Counted from the stretch's first letter, positions 1 to 13,435 are shown. The stretch: DNA of 64,000 nucleotides from Octopus sinensis (GCF_006345805.1 NC_043002.1:118854001-118918000); one strand, 5' to 3'. Program-made: numbers and translations. The notes: generated by a model not told the origin, from the letters alone.

Positions 1-927
1 TCTTATCATAGTCAGCTACCACAAGTTTGTCTTTAAGAAACCTAAGTAACTTTAATTCCATGTTGTTTCTGATAGAGCATAAGGAGCCCTCTTGTATCAA
101 CACCTTCCAATCAAGGGGTTCAAAGTTTCTTTTGGGCCACCTTTTTTTTTAGGTCCCTGGAATTTCTCAGGTACAGTGCCCCTCTCCCACCTCCCAACAG
201 TAAAACTTCATTGAAAGAGAAATTGTTCAGGTCAGGTCAGTGAAGTGAGTCTCTACTTGGGACCAAATTTCTCTCAGATCACCCTAGCATCTTCAAAAAA
301 AAAAAAAAAAAAGATGTTAAGTAGCTTGCTAACCAACCACATGGTTCCGGGTTCAGTCCCACTGTGTGGCATCATGGGCAAGTGTCTTCTGCTATAGCCC
401 CGGGCCGACCAATGCCTTGTGAGTGGATTTGGTAGACGGAAACTGAAAGAAGCCTGTCGTATATATGTATATATATATGTGTGTGTGTGTTTGTCCCCCT
501 AGCATTGCTTGACAACATTTGCTGGTGTGTTTACGTCCCCGTTACTTAGCGGTTCGGCAAAAGAGACCGATAGAATAAGTACTGGGCTTACAAAGAATAA
601 GTCCTGGGGGTCGATTTGTTCGATTAAAGGCGGTGCTCCAGCATGGCCGCAGTCAAATGACTGAAACAAGTAAAAGAGTAAAGAGTATGATCAATGAAAT
701 GGCATTTGGCAAATAAAGTAAGAGATTATTCTCCTTTGATCCTGTAGATTCATTCATTTGCTGTTGCTATATTTGTTGAGACCTTTTCTTACCATATTTT
801 TGTTGAAATACATTTTCAAAAATTAAGGAGAATTTAATAAAATAACTTTATTGATATTAAGCTGTTACATGAATCAAAAATTATCACAAATTTTTTATGG
901 AAGGTTTTTATTTAGATCTCTTTAAAA

Positions 928-1117
928 CCCTTTCGTTACTGTGTTTCTTTCAATTACTTTAAATATAACAAATAATTTAGTAAAATAAGTAAAATTAGTG
1001 TTAGGAGCATAAACTGTGACTAAGGTTTGGTGGAAGATTTTAATTCAAAACTTATGAAAACAAGACATTTGTACTACAGAGCCAGAGCCGGTTTCAGCCG
1101 GGTTGGTAACGAAAGGG
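928..1117. mobile_element. piggyBac-like MITE family 1
   Basis: TIR CCCTTTCGTTAC...GTAACGAAAGGG; flanks atypical (not a clean TTAA). Confidence 0.7.
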
Positions 1118-1319
1118 TTTTAAAAAGGAAATTCATCTCGTAAAACCAAGTGCCGTCTCAGGCAGGTTGGTATTAGAAACAGTAACAGATTTCAGCCACC
1201 ACTAGCACTATCTTCATCAAAGAGTGTAATGAGTGAGATCAATAAAGAAATAATTCTCCTGTAGGAGAAATGGTTGAGTTCTTTTTCTTTAATTTCATAT
1301 CTATTCATTATAGTTTTTA

Positions 1320-1719
1320 CTAGCAGTATTGCCCGGTGTTGCTCGGGTTTGTAAGGGAAATAACTATATAAGCATTTTTAGAGATGTAAAGTATAATAGC
1401 CATCTCAATATGGCTAACCACAAAGGTGGGGGGTGTTACTGTAGCTTTTTACGTTCTGAGATTTAATAATAAATTTTTAGAGAGTTACTTCCCTTATATA
1501 ATAGCAAAAAAATGCATTAAAAATGGGGAAAAATTATGGTAAATTTTTTTTAAATCGTAGACTCATCGTAGACGCGTACTAATACCCAGAAGGGCTCGAT
1601 ATGAATCACAACTATAAGATACCCGGTTTTGGTTAAGCTGCACTGCAAAATGTAGGAGTAGTTAGGAATCTAAATCGTAGGAGACAGACAGCACACAACC
1701 TCACTTTTATATATAAAGA
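1320..1719 (-). mobile_element. Non-autonomous Helitron with 88-bp internal insert
   Basis: A|TC 5' end, 3' GC hairpin followed by CTAG|T; insert flanked by an 11-bp direct repeat ATTTTTAGAGA (1374-1384, 1473-1483). Confidence 0.8.
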
Positions 1720-3181
1720 TTAAGAAACTACCTTCTTTTCTTTCCTTATCTCATCCTTCACCTCAGAGGGTTTTCTCCTTATTACTTACTAACATATTCT
1801 ATTTTATCAAACCCTCTGGAGGTTGATGAAATAAAGTTAAAAGAAATGTCATTGAGAAGAAATTACTGGGTAAAATACAGTAGACATTTCACACTAATAT
1901 AAGATTTTGGTAAAAGCCATTAATAATCCTGAACATGTTATATCACCAACTGATTTCTAAGTAAAATTTCTTCATCTCTATTTTCTTTAATACCCGAAAC
2001 TCTGTGTGTGTGTTGTTTGTTTTTCTTTTGTTGTTTCTTTTTTTAGAGGGGTGGGGGTTACAGGTGTAATTACATTTTAGAACAAGTAATCTATTTCAAT
2101 GAAATTGACAGAGGTCAAGGTTATTTCAAATCTATTTTATCCTTTTTTCTGATATTTTTTCTTTAGCTTAGTTCATTAAGTTTCTCATAAACTTTTGAAG
2201 TACAGGATATTCCACTTGTGTTATGGAAAATGATATTAAGTAAACATTATATATTGTATCTGTTGCTAAATATTTGTATGAGATATCTTTTCTATTTACA
2301 TTCATAGTTGAATAAAACATTTTTCTGTGTACAGCCCTAGGTCTATCATCATCATTTAACGTCCGCTTTCCATGCTAGCATGGGTTGGACGGTTCAACTG
2401 GGGCCTGGGAAGCCCGAAGGCTGCACCAGGCCAGTCAGATCTGGCAGTGTTTCTACAGCTGGATGCCCTTCCTAACACCAACCACTCCGTCAGTGTAGTG
2501 GGTGCTTTTTATGTGCCACCGACACAGGTGCCAGACGAGGCTGGCGAACGGCCACGCTCGGATGGTGCTTTTTACGTGCCACCGGCACGGAAGCCAGGCG
2601 AGGTTGGCATGGCCACGATCGGATGGTGTTTGTTATGTGCCACCAGCACGGAGGCCAGTCGATGCGGTACTGGCTACGGCCACGTTCGGATGGTTTTCGT
2701 ATGTGCCACCGACACTGGTACCACAAAACTACAAATTCCATTGATGTTCATCGATTTTGATTTGATTCTTTGATTTTTGATCATCCCAAAATATAATTTC
2801 AGGAATCGGTATAGATAATAGGGGGTGAAAATATTGTCAATTTCTGAAATGTTTGACTATTTTCAAAGTTCTAATGTAAATGGAACAAGAGAGAAAACAT
2901 GACACTTTTGAGATGGGAAGGTGGGGGTGATGATGAGAATTGATGAGGCAGGAAAAGACAATACTCTCTCTCTCTTTTACTTGTTTCAGTCAGTTGACTA
3001 CGGCCATGCTGGAGCACCGCCTTTTAGTCGAGCAAATCGACCCCGGGACTTATTCTTTGTAAGCCCAGTACTTATTCTATCGGTCTCTTTTGCTGAACCG
3101 CTAAGTGACGGGGACGTAAACACACCAGCATCGGTTGTCAAGCAATGCTAGGGGGACAAACACAGACATACACACACACAT

Positions 3182-3224
<43 letters not shown>

Positions 3225-3744
3225 TATGACAAGCTTCTTTCAGTTTCCGTCTACCAAATCCACTCACAAGGCATTGGTCAGCTATAGCAGAAGACACTTG
3301 CCCAAGATGCCACGCAGTGGGACTGAACCCGAAACCATGTGGTTGGTTAGCAAGCTACTTACCACACAGCCACTCCTGCGCCTATGTATAAAGGAAATAT
3401 ATAAAATCAATAAATACCGGGGCCTACTAGCCACTACCAGTTTGTGCCAGTCACAGTTCAGATGTCAGGTGTTCTCAGACCCTGTACCACTGCAGACTTT
3501 CTGGGAAATAAGCCTCACACAGTAGAGTGGATACTGCAGTGAGTGTCACTGGCCATTCCCCACAGTCATTACCATGGGGCATGGCTGAGCACACCATTTG
3601 TTCTGGGCTATGTGGCCTATCAACTCCTCCCTGTCCATCTTCTGCTACTTTACCCCCACCCTTTTTTCTTCTCTTTCTTTTCCTTTCTTATCTCACATTT
3701 TCCCTGTTTCTTGGTATTTAGATGTTATAATAAAAATAATTACT

Positions 3745-3797
3745 TAATGTTTATATTATATATATATGTGTGTGTGTGTGTATGTATATATATAATG

Positions 3798-3829
<32 letters not shown>

Positions 3830-4060
3830 TTATAATATATATGTATATGTATATATATATATTATATATATATATATGTATATGTATATTATATATGTAT
3901 ATATATATATGTATATATATATATGTATTATATATATGTATATGTATATATATATTATATATATATATATATCTATATATATATATATAATATATGTATA
4001 ATATATATATATATGTATATATTATATGTATATATAATATATGTATATATATAATATATG

Positions 4061-4139
<79 letters not shown>

Positions 4140-4298
4140 GTGTATATATATATGTATATATATATATGTATATATATGTGTATATGTATATATATGTATA
4201 TGTATATATATGTATATATATGTATATGTATGTATATGTATATATATGTATATGTATATATATGTATATGTATATATATGTATATGTATACATATATG

Positions 4299-4338
<40 letters not shown>
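3745..4338. repeat. Complex (TA)n/(TATG)n microsatellite, about 590 bp
   Basis: Seen directly. Confidence 0.97.
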
Positions 4339-4342
<4 letters not shown>

Positions 4343-4728
4343 CATATTTTTGCCATTTCAATATGGCTAACCCCTAAGGTGGATGCTACTGTAGTTTTTA
4401 GCCCCAGGAGGACACACTCCTCCAGCTGGCCATAGACACACTATCTGTGTCCTGTCAGTATTTGCAAAGGAAGTCATCCTTCCCGTCTTCAACTTATGAT
4501 ACACACGGACTCGAGTTTCAAGGTATTGACCTCTCGTCAATACCTCGAAACTCGAGTCCGTGTGTATCATAAGTTGAAGACGGGAAGGATGACTTCCCTT
4601 TGCAAATACTGACAGGACACAGATAGTGTGTCTATGGCCAGCTGGAGGAGTGTGTCCTCCTGGGGCTAAAAACTACAGTAGCATCCACCCTTAGGGGTAG
4701 CCATATTGAAATGGCAAAAATATGTCAC
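4339..4728. repeat. 390-bp near-perfect palindrome (192/193-bp arms, 5-nt loop CTCTC)
   Basis: Arms read directly as reverse complements with 1 substitution and 3 single-base indels; abuts a (TA)n array. Confidence 0.97.
4502..4540 (-). ncRNA. Minimal hammerhead-ribozyme core at palindrome centre (stem I 5' strand lost)
   Basis: Minus strand: TTGACGA-gagg tcaata cctt-GAAAC-TCGA-GTC|cgtgtg; self-complementary stem III ACTCGAGT, as in dimerising Penelope-type hammerheads. Confidence 0.7.
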
Positions 4729-5171
4729 GATGTGTTACCGCTACTGTATATAACTCACTTTGATATTTATCATTATATATATATATATATATATATAAAT
4801 GTAATTGGATCTGCCTTAGTGTCAATGATGAGTAATCAGTTGTTTAATCAACTTAACTACCTACTTACTATAAGGAGCTGAATATTTCACTGATATGTCT
4901 ACCCCAAGCCTACAATTCAAGCAGATAGAGCCTGATAGAGTGTGTAACACGGCTGGACTTTTGAATTAATGGAGCAATAATCCATACAACAGTCTTCCTA
5001 GCTATTCTCATCTACTTAATTTCACTCACAAGGGAAAAGATGCCATACATTGAGAATGAATCCAGCCCCATGTCATTTCAAAATGAACCTCTTAACTTTT
5101 TGGTCATGCTGCATTCATAGCAATTCTATATATATATACACACACACAAACAAACAATGTATACACTCACA

Positions 5172-5225
<54 letters not shown>

Positions 5226-5245
5226 CATATATATATATTATATGT

Positions 5246-5372
5246 AGAAAAATACAAACTGGGACAAGAACGTAAAACATTTAGAAGACACTACAAAAAA
5301 CACAGACGGGACATTCGAAGCCTTTAATCTTCAGTCAAGAACCGGATCATCCTTGCAATTTCGGCTGATTAT
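5246..5372 (-). mobile_element. Short pLTR-like fragment between two (TA)n arrays
   Basis: Unique 127-bp island with a degenerate CTGAAGA...GAA motif on minus; same context as the other pLTR-like pieces. Confidence 0.35.
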
Positions 5373-5426
5373 ACATATATATATAATATATATATATGTA
5401 TGAATGTATGTATGTATGTATATATG

Positions 5427-5457
<31 letters not shown>

Positions 5458-5521
5458 GTATATATTATATATGTATATATATATGTATGTATATATATAT
5501 ATATATATATGTATGTATATA

Positions 5522-5589
<68 letters not shown>

Positions 5590-5728
5590 ATATATATATA
5601 TATTATGTATGTATGTATAATATATATATATATATTATATATATGTATATGTATATATGTATGTATGTATGTATGTATATATATATGTATGTATGTATAT
5701 GTATGTATGTATATATATATGTATGTAT

Positions 5729-5787
<59 letters not shown>

Positions 5788-5846
5788 TGTATATATATTA
5801 TGTATATATATATGTATGTATATATATATATGTATATATATATGTA
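5373..5846. repeat. Complex (TA)n/(TATG)n microsatellite, about 470 bp
   Basis: Seen directly. Confidence 0.97.
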
Positions 5847-6521
5847 TGTCTCTTATATGTGAAAAAAGAGGCTCCAGAGTTGTTTAAGATTTGCTTGGTT
5901 TTGAGCCTAAAATTTCTTATTGGTCATAATAAAGAGGTTACATGGATGTGGTCATAATAGAGAAGTCATGTTTATGAATTTTCATGTTCATGAATGTTTA
6001 GAATTTTCGAAAATAACATTGTTGAGAATTCTTATTGTTCAGGCTGGTCAGTAGACATCATGTGGATATTTTAAATAGCTTTTTAGCAAGTAGTTAGGGA
6101 GTGTATTTTCCACTTGACTGAATTTGAGCTGGATAAGTAAGTTATAGGAAGTTACAGGAAGAGCTATATGTATGTATGTGTGTGTGCGCGTGTGTGTGTG
6201 TGTGTGTGTGTTTATATGTATGTTGGGGCGCACATGTATATATGTGTGCGTGTGTGGGTACAATTTTCAATATTTATAGTTCTGCTGGCCTTGTGCCTGT
6301 ATCGGGAAGCAACGTGTTTGTGTGAAGTCAATATTTACAGTCATTTCCAAAAAATAGTGTTGGATGTTTTGCACTCATATCCAATTATGTGTATGTGTGG
6401 AACCATATATTTGCGTGTGTCATGGTGTTAATATCTGGGTAAAAGTGTGTGTAGGGTGTGTGTAAGTGTGTTTGTTGTGGGTTCGTGTTAGGGGGATGTG
6501 TTTAGAAGTGGTCTGTATTTA

Positions 6522-6866
6522 TTAATAAGGTGGGATTCCATGGTTCTTGTTGAGGTTTGGTTTGGGTTTTGGTTTGTGTAAGTGTTGGTAGGGGAAGTTT
6601 GTAATGTGCTCACAGAATTCGTCTAGGATTTTATTTCTACCTTTTGGTGGGGTGTAGTTGCTTTTATTTCTAGCTAGTGACTCATCCTCATTGTGCTCGT
6701 CGAATAGTTCCTCACTAAGTCGCAATTTTCTACAAAATTCTGTAATGTCTTCCTTCATTTCGTAGTAGTTTGGACGTGGGGGGGTTGGTGTGAATTTCAG
6801 ACCTTTGGAGAATAAGTTGAGAAGGTTGGGGTTGGGTTCTGTATTGGTTAAATTGATGACTTTAAT
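6522..6866 (-). mobile_element. Penelope-like element, N-terminal (pre-RT) ORF fragment
   Basis: VINLTN...LFSKGLKFTPTP...EMKEDITEFCRKLRLSEELF resembles the LSKGLxFxPTP...FxRxLRL motif of PLE ORFs; downstream of an inverted pLTR-like palindrome. Confidence 0.7.
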
Positions 6867-7058
6867 TAGTTTCTGTTTCTCTTCCCTGTCCTGTGTTATT
6901 TTGTTTGCATGTATCTGTGTGCTGTGTCTAAAAAATGGTTGGGGTAGAGGGGTTGTCTGTTGGTGTTAAGAGGTCCTGTGTGTTTGTTCATTTCCTTTTT
7001 TATATATCACAACTCGTGTTCCACATCTCCTTTTTTGTATATATATATATATTTATTT

Positions 7059-7190
7059 ATTTATTTTATAGAAGGAGCTTCTACAGGACTAGAACTGTTT
7101 CATTCAAAAGAAATCATCAGGAAGCTTCCTGATGATTTCTTTTGAATGAAACAGTTCTAGTCCTGTAGAAGCTCCTTCTATAAAATAAAT
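7059..7190. repeat. Perfect 132-bp spacerless palindrome with hammerhead-like core
   Basis: Centre GAAG|CTTC (7124/7125), 66-bp arms; each arm reads CTGATGA-tttcttttgaat-GAAAC-agttcta-GTC. Confidence 0.92.
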
Positions 7191-7255
7191 TAATTTACTC
7201 TGCTATGTATTGAGTACCTTATTTACTGTGGTTAACCCCGACTCAACCCGGGACC

Positions 7256-7321
<66 letters not shown>

Positions 7322-7891
7322 TTGGATTGTTTCATTTGATCTTACATAATTGTCACTTTCCTTCTCATTATTACTAACAAATGAAGAAACTACCTTTTCT
7401 TGCCTGTTACTTACTGACAGTTTATTTTATTGACCCCCCCCCCTCCTTCTGAGTGTCGATAAAATAGATGTGGACCTATTAGGCTAGTAAACTAAAATAT
7501 AGGAAGTATGTTTAGTAACTGTTTCAACCTACCTCACTGAAAATAGTTTCTAATTTTATTTGGCAGTTGAATGATTATGATCTAAAAAAAGCTTTGAGCT
7601 ATTAAAATTAATTACTCCGTGAATATTTATAAGAATGCTAGTTTAAAAAAGTTATATAAATTCATTTTGCAACAAAAATAGTTTAGTGATTAGAAGAAAG
7701 CCCTGAAAGGTGTAATTTAAATGTGTATAAGATTAAAGTTTTAATCAAAATCTTCGAAAAGCTACTAGGATGTTGTTCCATGTAGGGTAATGTTTTAAAT
7801 ACTAGTTATATAAAAATGCAATCAACAATATTATAAAGTGCTATTCTTGGTAAACTGATATTGACCTACACTGAGAACACTGAACTGTTAA

Positions 7892-8122
7892 CCCTTTAGT
7901 GTTTAAATTATTCTGTTAAATGTAATACTTCTTCATTTAAATTCATCATCATCAACTTGAATTAATCATGCATTATCTTATAGCTTTGAGGTTTCAATAA
8001 TGTCACTATTTATTTTTAGAGTCTCAATGTAGGGTAGGTGCTTAAAGGCTAGATATCGCCGGTTTGAATATAAAACATGTAAAATGTTTGAGCCGGATAT
8101 GGCCGGTTTAAAAACTAAAGGG
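7892..8122. mobile_element. piggyBac-like MITE family 2
   Basis: TTAA|CCCTTTAG...CTAAAGGG|TTAA. Confidence 0.78.
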
Positions 8123-8978
8123 TTAAAAGGATATTCAGTCTAATTATAAAATTGGTGAAGCAAACAAATAAATCATTAAAAATAGTGTCTGCTTGTATAA
8201 ATTGGGAATATAGGATTCTTTTAAGTTTGATATTTGAGCAAACTAATCAATGCAAAATAATGGTAATTTTGCAATAAACTTCTAATGGAAAGAGAATAAT
8301 TGGATCTTTTACAATTCTACCAAGGATGACCTATCGAGTTTTTATTCCTCAGGTTCAATAAATTAAGTAGTTTACTTCATATCACACTATTACAATAACT
8401 CAATGTATAAAGCATTGCTCTCCTACAACTTCAGTCCCCAAGTCCCCACCAAATTGGCTAAGAATTATGAAACTGTATTACTAATCAACCAAATCATGTA
8501 TGCAGTTTTATTAAGATGTCAACAAAGCTGTCCTTTTTATAAACACTTTCTTCTACATATTCTCCTTATACACACACACACACACACCTCTTATATTCTT
8601 TTACATCACTCTAGAATTCCATCTGATTTCATGTAATCAATCATCTCATCACATGTTGCACTTTGAATCTAACATTTGAGATATTCAAACATTTTTACCC
8701 TCAAATTAGCTCCTATGAGGTAGAACTAATATCAGAAGTGATCCAACCTTGATCATCTTGTCTTTTTTTAATACAGTGTCTAGAACCACTTTATCCAATA
8801 TGTCCTTCCATTTTTCAGAATGCTATGGCGTGATTTGAAGTCAATTTAGTTGCTATTTCTAGCAGCTGAAGGGACCATTTAATGGCCTAAAAAAAATATT
8901 TCAATGTGTTGCATATTATTAGATAAGTTATGGAAACTTTTTTCTTCCATGTTTTCTGCTATTTTGAAAATTACTACA

Positions 8979-9363
8979 TCTCTCTCTATATAAACGGCAG
9001 TTTGTCTGTGCGTTTTCTGTGTGTCTGTTTTCTCGTACCCTCACTCTGACCACGGCTTTCAACCGATTCTGATGAAACTTGACACACACATAGCCCAATG
9101 TCATAATTCAAAACTAACGCAGCGAAAATTTTGAAAAGTTCCCCCAGTTCTGAAAAAAATCGATAAATTCGACATGGGGTCGAGAATCAGAAACACAAAC
9201 CACAGACCGTCTAGGGGACGCAACTCCACCTTTTTTAACTCTCAAAAAAAATTTACCATCATTTTTTTTTCCATTTTTTTGCTATTTTTTGGCTATAACT
9301 CTCTAAAAATGCTTTATAGTTATTTCCCTTACAAACCTGAGCAACGCCGGGCGATACTGCTAG
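8979..9363 (+). mobile_element. Non-autonomous Helitron with a different 5' module
   Basis: A|TC start; ends CCTGAGCAACGCCGGGCGATACTGCTAG|T like the other copies, but the 5' 200 bp are unrelated to them. Confidence 0.8.
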
Positions 9364-9668
9364 TTTTAAAATAGTTTGATCCTCATTTGTCATTAGTTCC
9401 CATATTTGTTATGTTTATAATGTACATGTACTTAGGCTTCTAAAGCACAGACCTTTATTTCATTTGGAGTTGCAACATCTCTCTCTACTAGGCCTAGTAT
9501 TTGTACATAAATGTGACATCAACAAATCAGTCAATTCGAAATGTTTTATTCTCTCAGAAAGGCCACCAAGTTTGGTGAGTGGGGTAAGTTGGTTGTACCG
9601 ACTCCGGTATTCAACTTCATTAAGAAGACAAGATTTAAGAGTGAACACATCTCCAATAAATATTATAT

Positions 9669-9834
9669 AGGCGCAGGAGTGGCTGTGTGGTAAGTAGCTT
9701 GCTAACCAACCACATGGTTCCGGGTTCAGTCCCACTGCATGGCACCTTGGGCAAGTGTCTTCTGCTATAGCCCCGGGCCGACCAATGCCTTGTGAGTGGA
9801 TTTGGTAGACGGAAACTGAAAGAAGCCCGTCGTA

Positions 9835-9875
<41 letters not shown>

Positions 9876-10102
9876 GTGTGTGTTTGTGTGTCTGTGTTTG
9901 TCCCCCTAGCATTGCTTGACAACCGATGCTGGTGTGTTTACATCCCCGTCACTTAGTGGTTCGGCAAAAAGAGACCGATAGAATAAGTACTGGGCTTACA
10001 AAAGAATAAGTCCTGGGGTCGATTTGCTCGACTAAAGGCGGTGCTCCAGCATGGCCGCAGTCAAATGACTGAAACAAGTAAAAGAGTAAAGAGTAAAAGA
10101 GT
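9669..10102 (+). mobile_element. SINE family A, full-length example (tRNA-like head, internal TA/TG microsatellite, (GTAAAAGA)n tail)
   Basis: A box TGGCTGTGTGG, B box GGTTCAGTCCC. Other + copies at about 318-686, 17960-18365, 19509-19919, 27437-27814, 35581-35990, 36856-37143, 45398-45696, 49929-50313, 51894-52290, 61355-61780; older copies at about 27030, 31500, 32078, 42395, 47140, 47715, 60520. Confidence 0.92.
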
Positions 10103-12644
10103 AGTTCTTCATCATCATCATCATTGTGCTTTTCCTTGCTTGCATGGGTTGGATGGAGTTTATTGAAACAGATTTTCTATGATCAGAATCCATTCTTGTT
10201 GTTTTCACTTGTTTCCAAGTAAGGTAATATTTTCCCATGGCCAGATATTTACACAGAATATTAGAAGTGAGTGACACTGCTTGTATGATAGTGATATTCA
10301 GAATTATCCCACAATGTGAAGGCAAGGAGGCACAAGCACACACACATACACACACACATGATGGGCTTCTTTCAGTTTCCATCTACCAAATTCACACATG
10401 AGGCTTTTGGTTAGCCCAAGACTATAGTAGAAGACTCTTGCCCAAGGGGATACACAGTATAACTGAGCCTGAAACCATGTGGTTGGAAATCAAACTTCTT
10501 AACTACACAACTAATTGTTTCTTCAACAATTCCATGTAGTACTGTGAGCATTAGCAAAGGGGAAAGTTTGTCATAACTGCATTTAATTTAGAACTGGTAT
10601 GGAGTTGACAGATTGTAACAATTCACATCTGACCATTGACTATGTCCAAGATTTGGCCTAGTCTACTAAATTATAAATAGCCCATATTAGTTTTGTACAT
10701 AGTAAAACTCAGAATTTGTAGAAAGTACTGAGGCTCTGTATTGGTAACAATGATAATTTTTTTTACATTGATACAAAGTTTCAAACTTGAGAAGAGAACT
10801 TTTGCTCCAGAAGGATAAAAAACAAATTTGGCCTTGGTCAGTTTGAGCTTAGAACAAAGAAACAGAAGAAATATTGCAGGGTTTTGTCAGACACTCTAAC
10901 AATTTGCTAATCCACGATCCTGGTGGTAACAACAATCATCATCATCATCATCATCGTTTAACGTCCGTTCTCCATGCTAGCATGGGTTGGACGGTTCGAC
11001 CGGGGATCTGGGAAGCCAGAAGGCTGCACCAGGCTCCGGTCTTATCTGGCAATGTTTCTACAGCTGGATGCCCTTCCTAACGCCAACCACTCCATGAGTG
11101 TAGTGGGTGCTTTTTACGTGCCACCTGCACTGGTGCCAGGCGAGGCTGGCATCGGCCACGGTCGAATTAGTGTATTTTACGTGCCACCGGCACGGAAGCC
11201 AGTCGAGGCGGCACTGGCTTCGGCCACGATTTGGATGGTGCTTTTTACGTGCCACCGACACGGTCACAATAATAATAATTATTTCAAATTTTGGCTCAAA
11301 ACCAGCAACTTTTGGGGAGGATGTAAGTTTATTACATGAACCCCATTAATTGACTGGTACTTATTTTATGGACCCCGAAAGATTGAAAAGTAAAGTCAAG
11401 CTTGGCAGAATTTGAACCCAGAACATAAAGACAGACAAATTTCCACTAAGCATTTTGCCTGGTGTGCTATCGATTCTGCCAGCTCACCACCCTAGTAACA
11501 ATAGTAATAATAAAAGAAAAGTATTCAATAAGTTTGATTGCTATGAGAAGTAGAAAAAATGGCCACACCCTCTAGTTGAAATCAATAAAAGAATTTCAAA
11601 CTCCAGGCCTTTTTCTTTAAACTACTGAGGTGACTATAGCCCAGATTATCAATTTCTTTCTCTCCTAAAAGCACCCTAAGTTACTGATACCAACTAATTC
11701 TCATTTGGAAATTCAAAAAAGAGTCCTTTGAAACAGGCAGGAACTCTCCATAATTGCTAAGTATTTCATTAGCTGGCATTTAAGAAAGGTGGGTGGCTTC
11801 TGCTAAACTGATTTTTGGGGGGAAAGTGTTTAGATTTGTCTTTTTTTTAATAAGGGGCAAGTCTTTAGATTTGTAGTTCGTCACAATGGATATTGGACTA
11901 ATCTTCACTATAACATGTATCTTGAAACTAAAAATCACATTTACTATTAAACCAAAAACAGGCATAACATTTATTTACTGTTGAATAATCCTGCATACAC
12001 TTTGTTGTTCTTTATTTCTTTTACATTTTCTTTTATTTTAATCTGAATTGTTGATTTCTCAAAGTCAGTCCTGATTTAGCACAACTGTGGTATTTAGAAG
12101 ACATTGGACTACATCCATGTGTCCTTCCGTCTCTTTCAAGACGATAGGATAGTATTTGAGGGAGATTTGATTGCTATTTCTAGCAGGTGGTCTGACTCCA
12201 TGAGGCTTCATTTCGAAGCAAATAGTTGTGTGTGCAAAAAGCTCATGTTTTACAAAATGTTTCCTGTAACACAAGTATATGCTCATAAATATTAATTACT
12301 ACATTATTTTAAGTAGCTAACCTCTTATGGGTGCATTAATTTCTTTTGTGTGTTGGTTGCAAATCATGTGTATGCACGTACACAGAATGAAAGCAACAAC
12401 CATGACACAATAACGTAATGGCTGTCATAGTTTTATCCGTCTGTCTATATATAGCCACTGAAAATTTTGATAGCCGACTGTATTTTTTAAAAACATTTTT
12501 TTTTTATAAGCTTTGATATATGTTAAGTGCTCTTAAGCATATTAAGATATGATTTTGTCAAGAGTAGTTTTCAGCTTATCTTCTTTGCGGTTTGATCAAC
12601 TTCTTTAGATAGCTGTTTTCAAATTATTAGCCATTTATTAATCA

Positions 12645-12947
12645 CTAGCAGTATCGCCCGGCGTTGCTTGGGTTTGTAAAGGAAATAACTATATAAGCAT
12701 TTATAGAGAGTTACTTCTCTTATATAAACCAAGCGAAAATGCATTAAAAATGCGGAAAAATTATGGTAAATTTTTTTTTAAATCGTAGACTCATCGTAGA
12801 CGCGCGCTAATACCCAGAAGGGCTTGATATGAATCACAACTATAAGATACCCGGTTTTGGTTAAACTGCACCGCAAAATGTGGGAGTAGTTAGGAATCTA
12901 AATCGTAGGAGACAGACAGCACACAACCTCACTTTTATATATATAGA
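12645..12947 (-). mobile_element. Non-autonomous Helitron (minimal form, 303 bp)
   Basis: Same termini as the 1320-1719 copy, without the insert. Confidence 0.82.
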
Positions 12948-13435
12948 TAACCATCTGTGTGAGTCAGCCATGATATTTCTGACTTTGCACCTCCAACCCA
13001 AATTCTCTCAGTGTACGTGCTACTGTCTTGCATATACAAAAATGATGAAGTGGTCATGGATGGAATGCTTTGAATCACATGTTTACTTAGTCAGGACAGA
13101 TTTACTGTTAAACAACAACACAGTCAAACTGTTGGGTATTAATTCATGATACCACCTGTATTTTACTTTTTAATCTTAAAAAGCTCCTCTGCTCAAGACA
13201 AATGGGAAAATTAATGGCAATTGAATACTTTCTTTATGTATTCAGGTTATTATGTTACTGTTTGAAAGAATTTTGTATTTTAAATTATGAGGAGTTGCTA
13301 AATATTGTTGGTTATTAAGTAAGGAATACTTGAAGAAGGGAAATAACTCTCATTAAGTGAGAAGAGACTCTTAAACAAAATGAACAAGTTATCAATTACA
13401 TATGTTGTAAATTTTGTTTTGAACAGCCAAAGCAA

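Noticed and set aside
2372-2773. Recurrent ORFs MLAWVGRF..., MDGSTGV..., MLGGQTQT..., MTTDAGVF...
   Set aside because: They recur because they are read from SINE families M and A; frames break differently in each copy.
5305-5340. Hammerhead CTGAAGA...GAATGTC on minus
   Set aside because: GAAA is incomplete and no stem I; kept only as a degenerate pLTR-like fragment.
3543-6431. Many YIYI/MYVC ORFs in the track
   Set aside because: Translations of (TA)n/(TG)n microsatellites; the same applies to 32353-32760 and 33705-33920.
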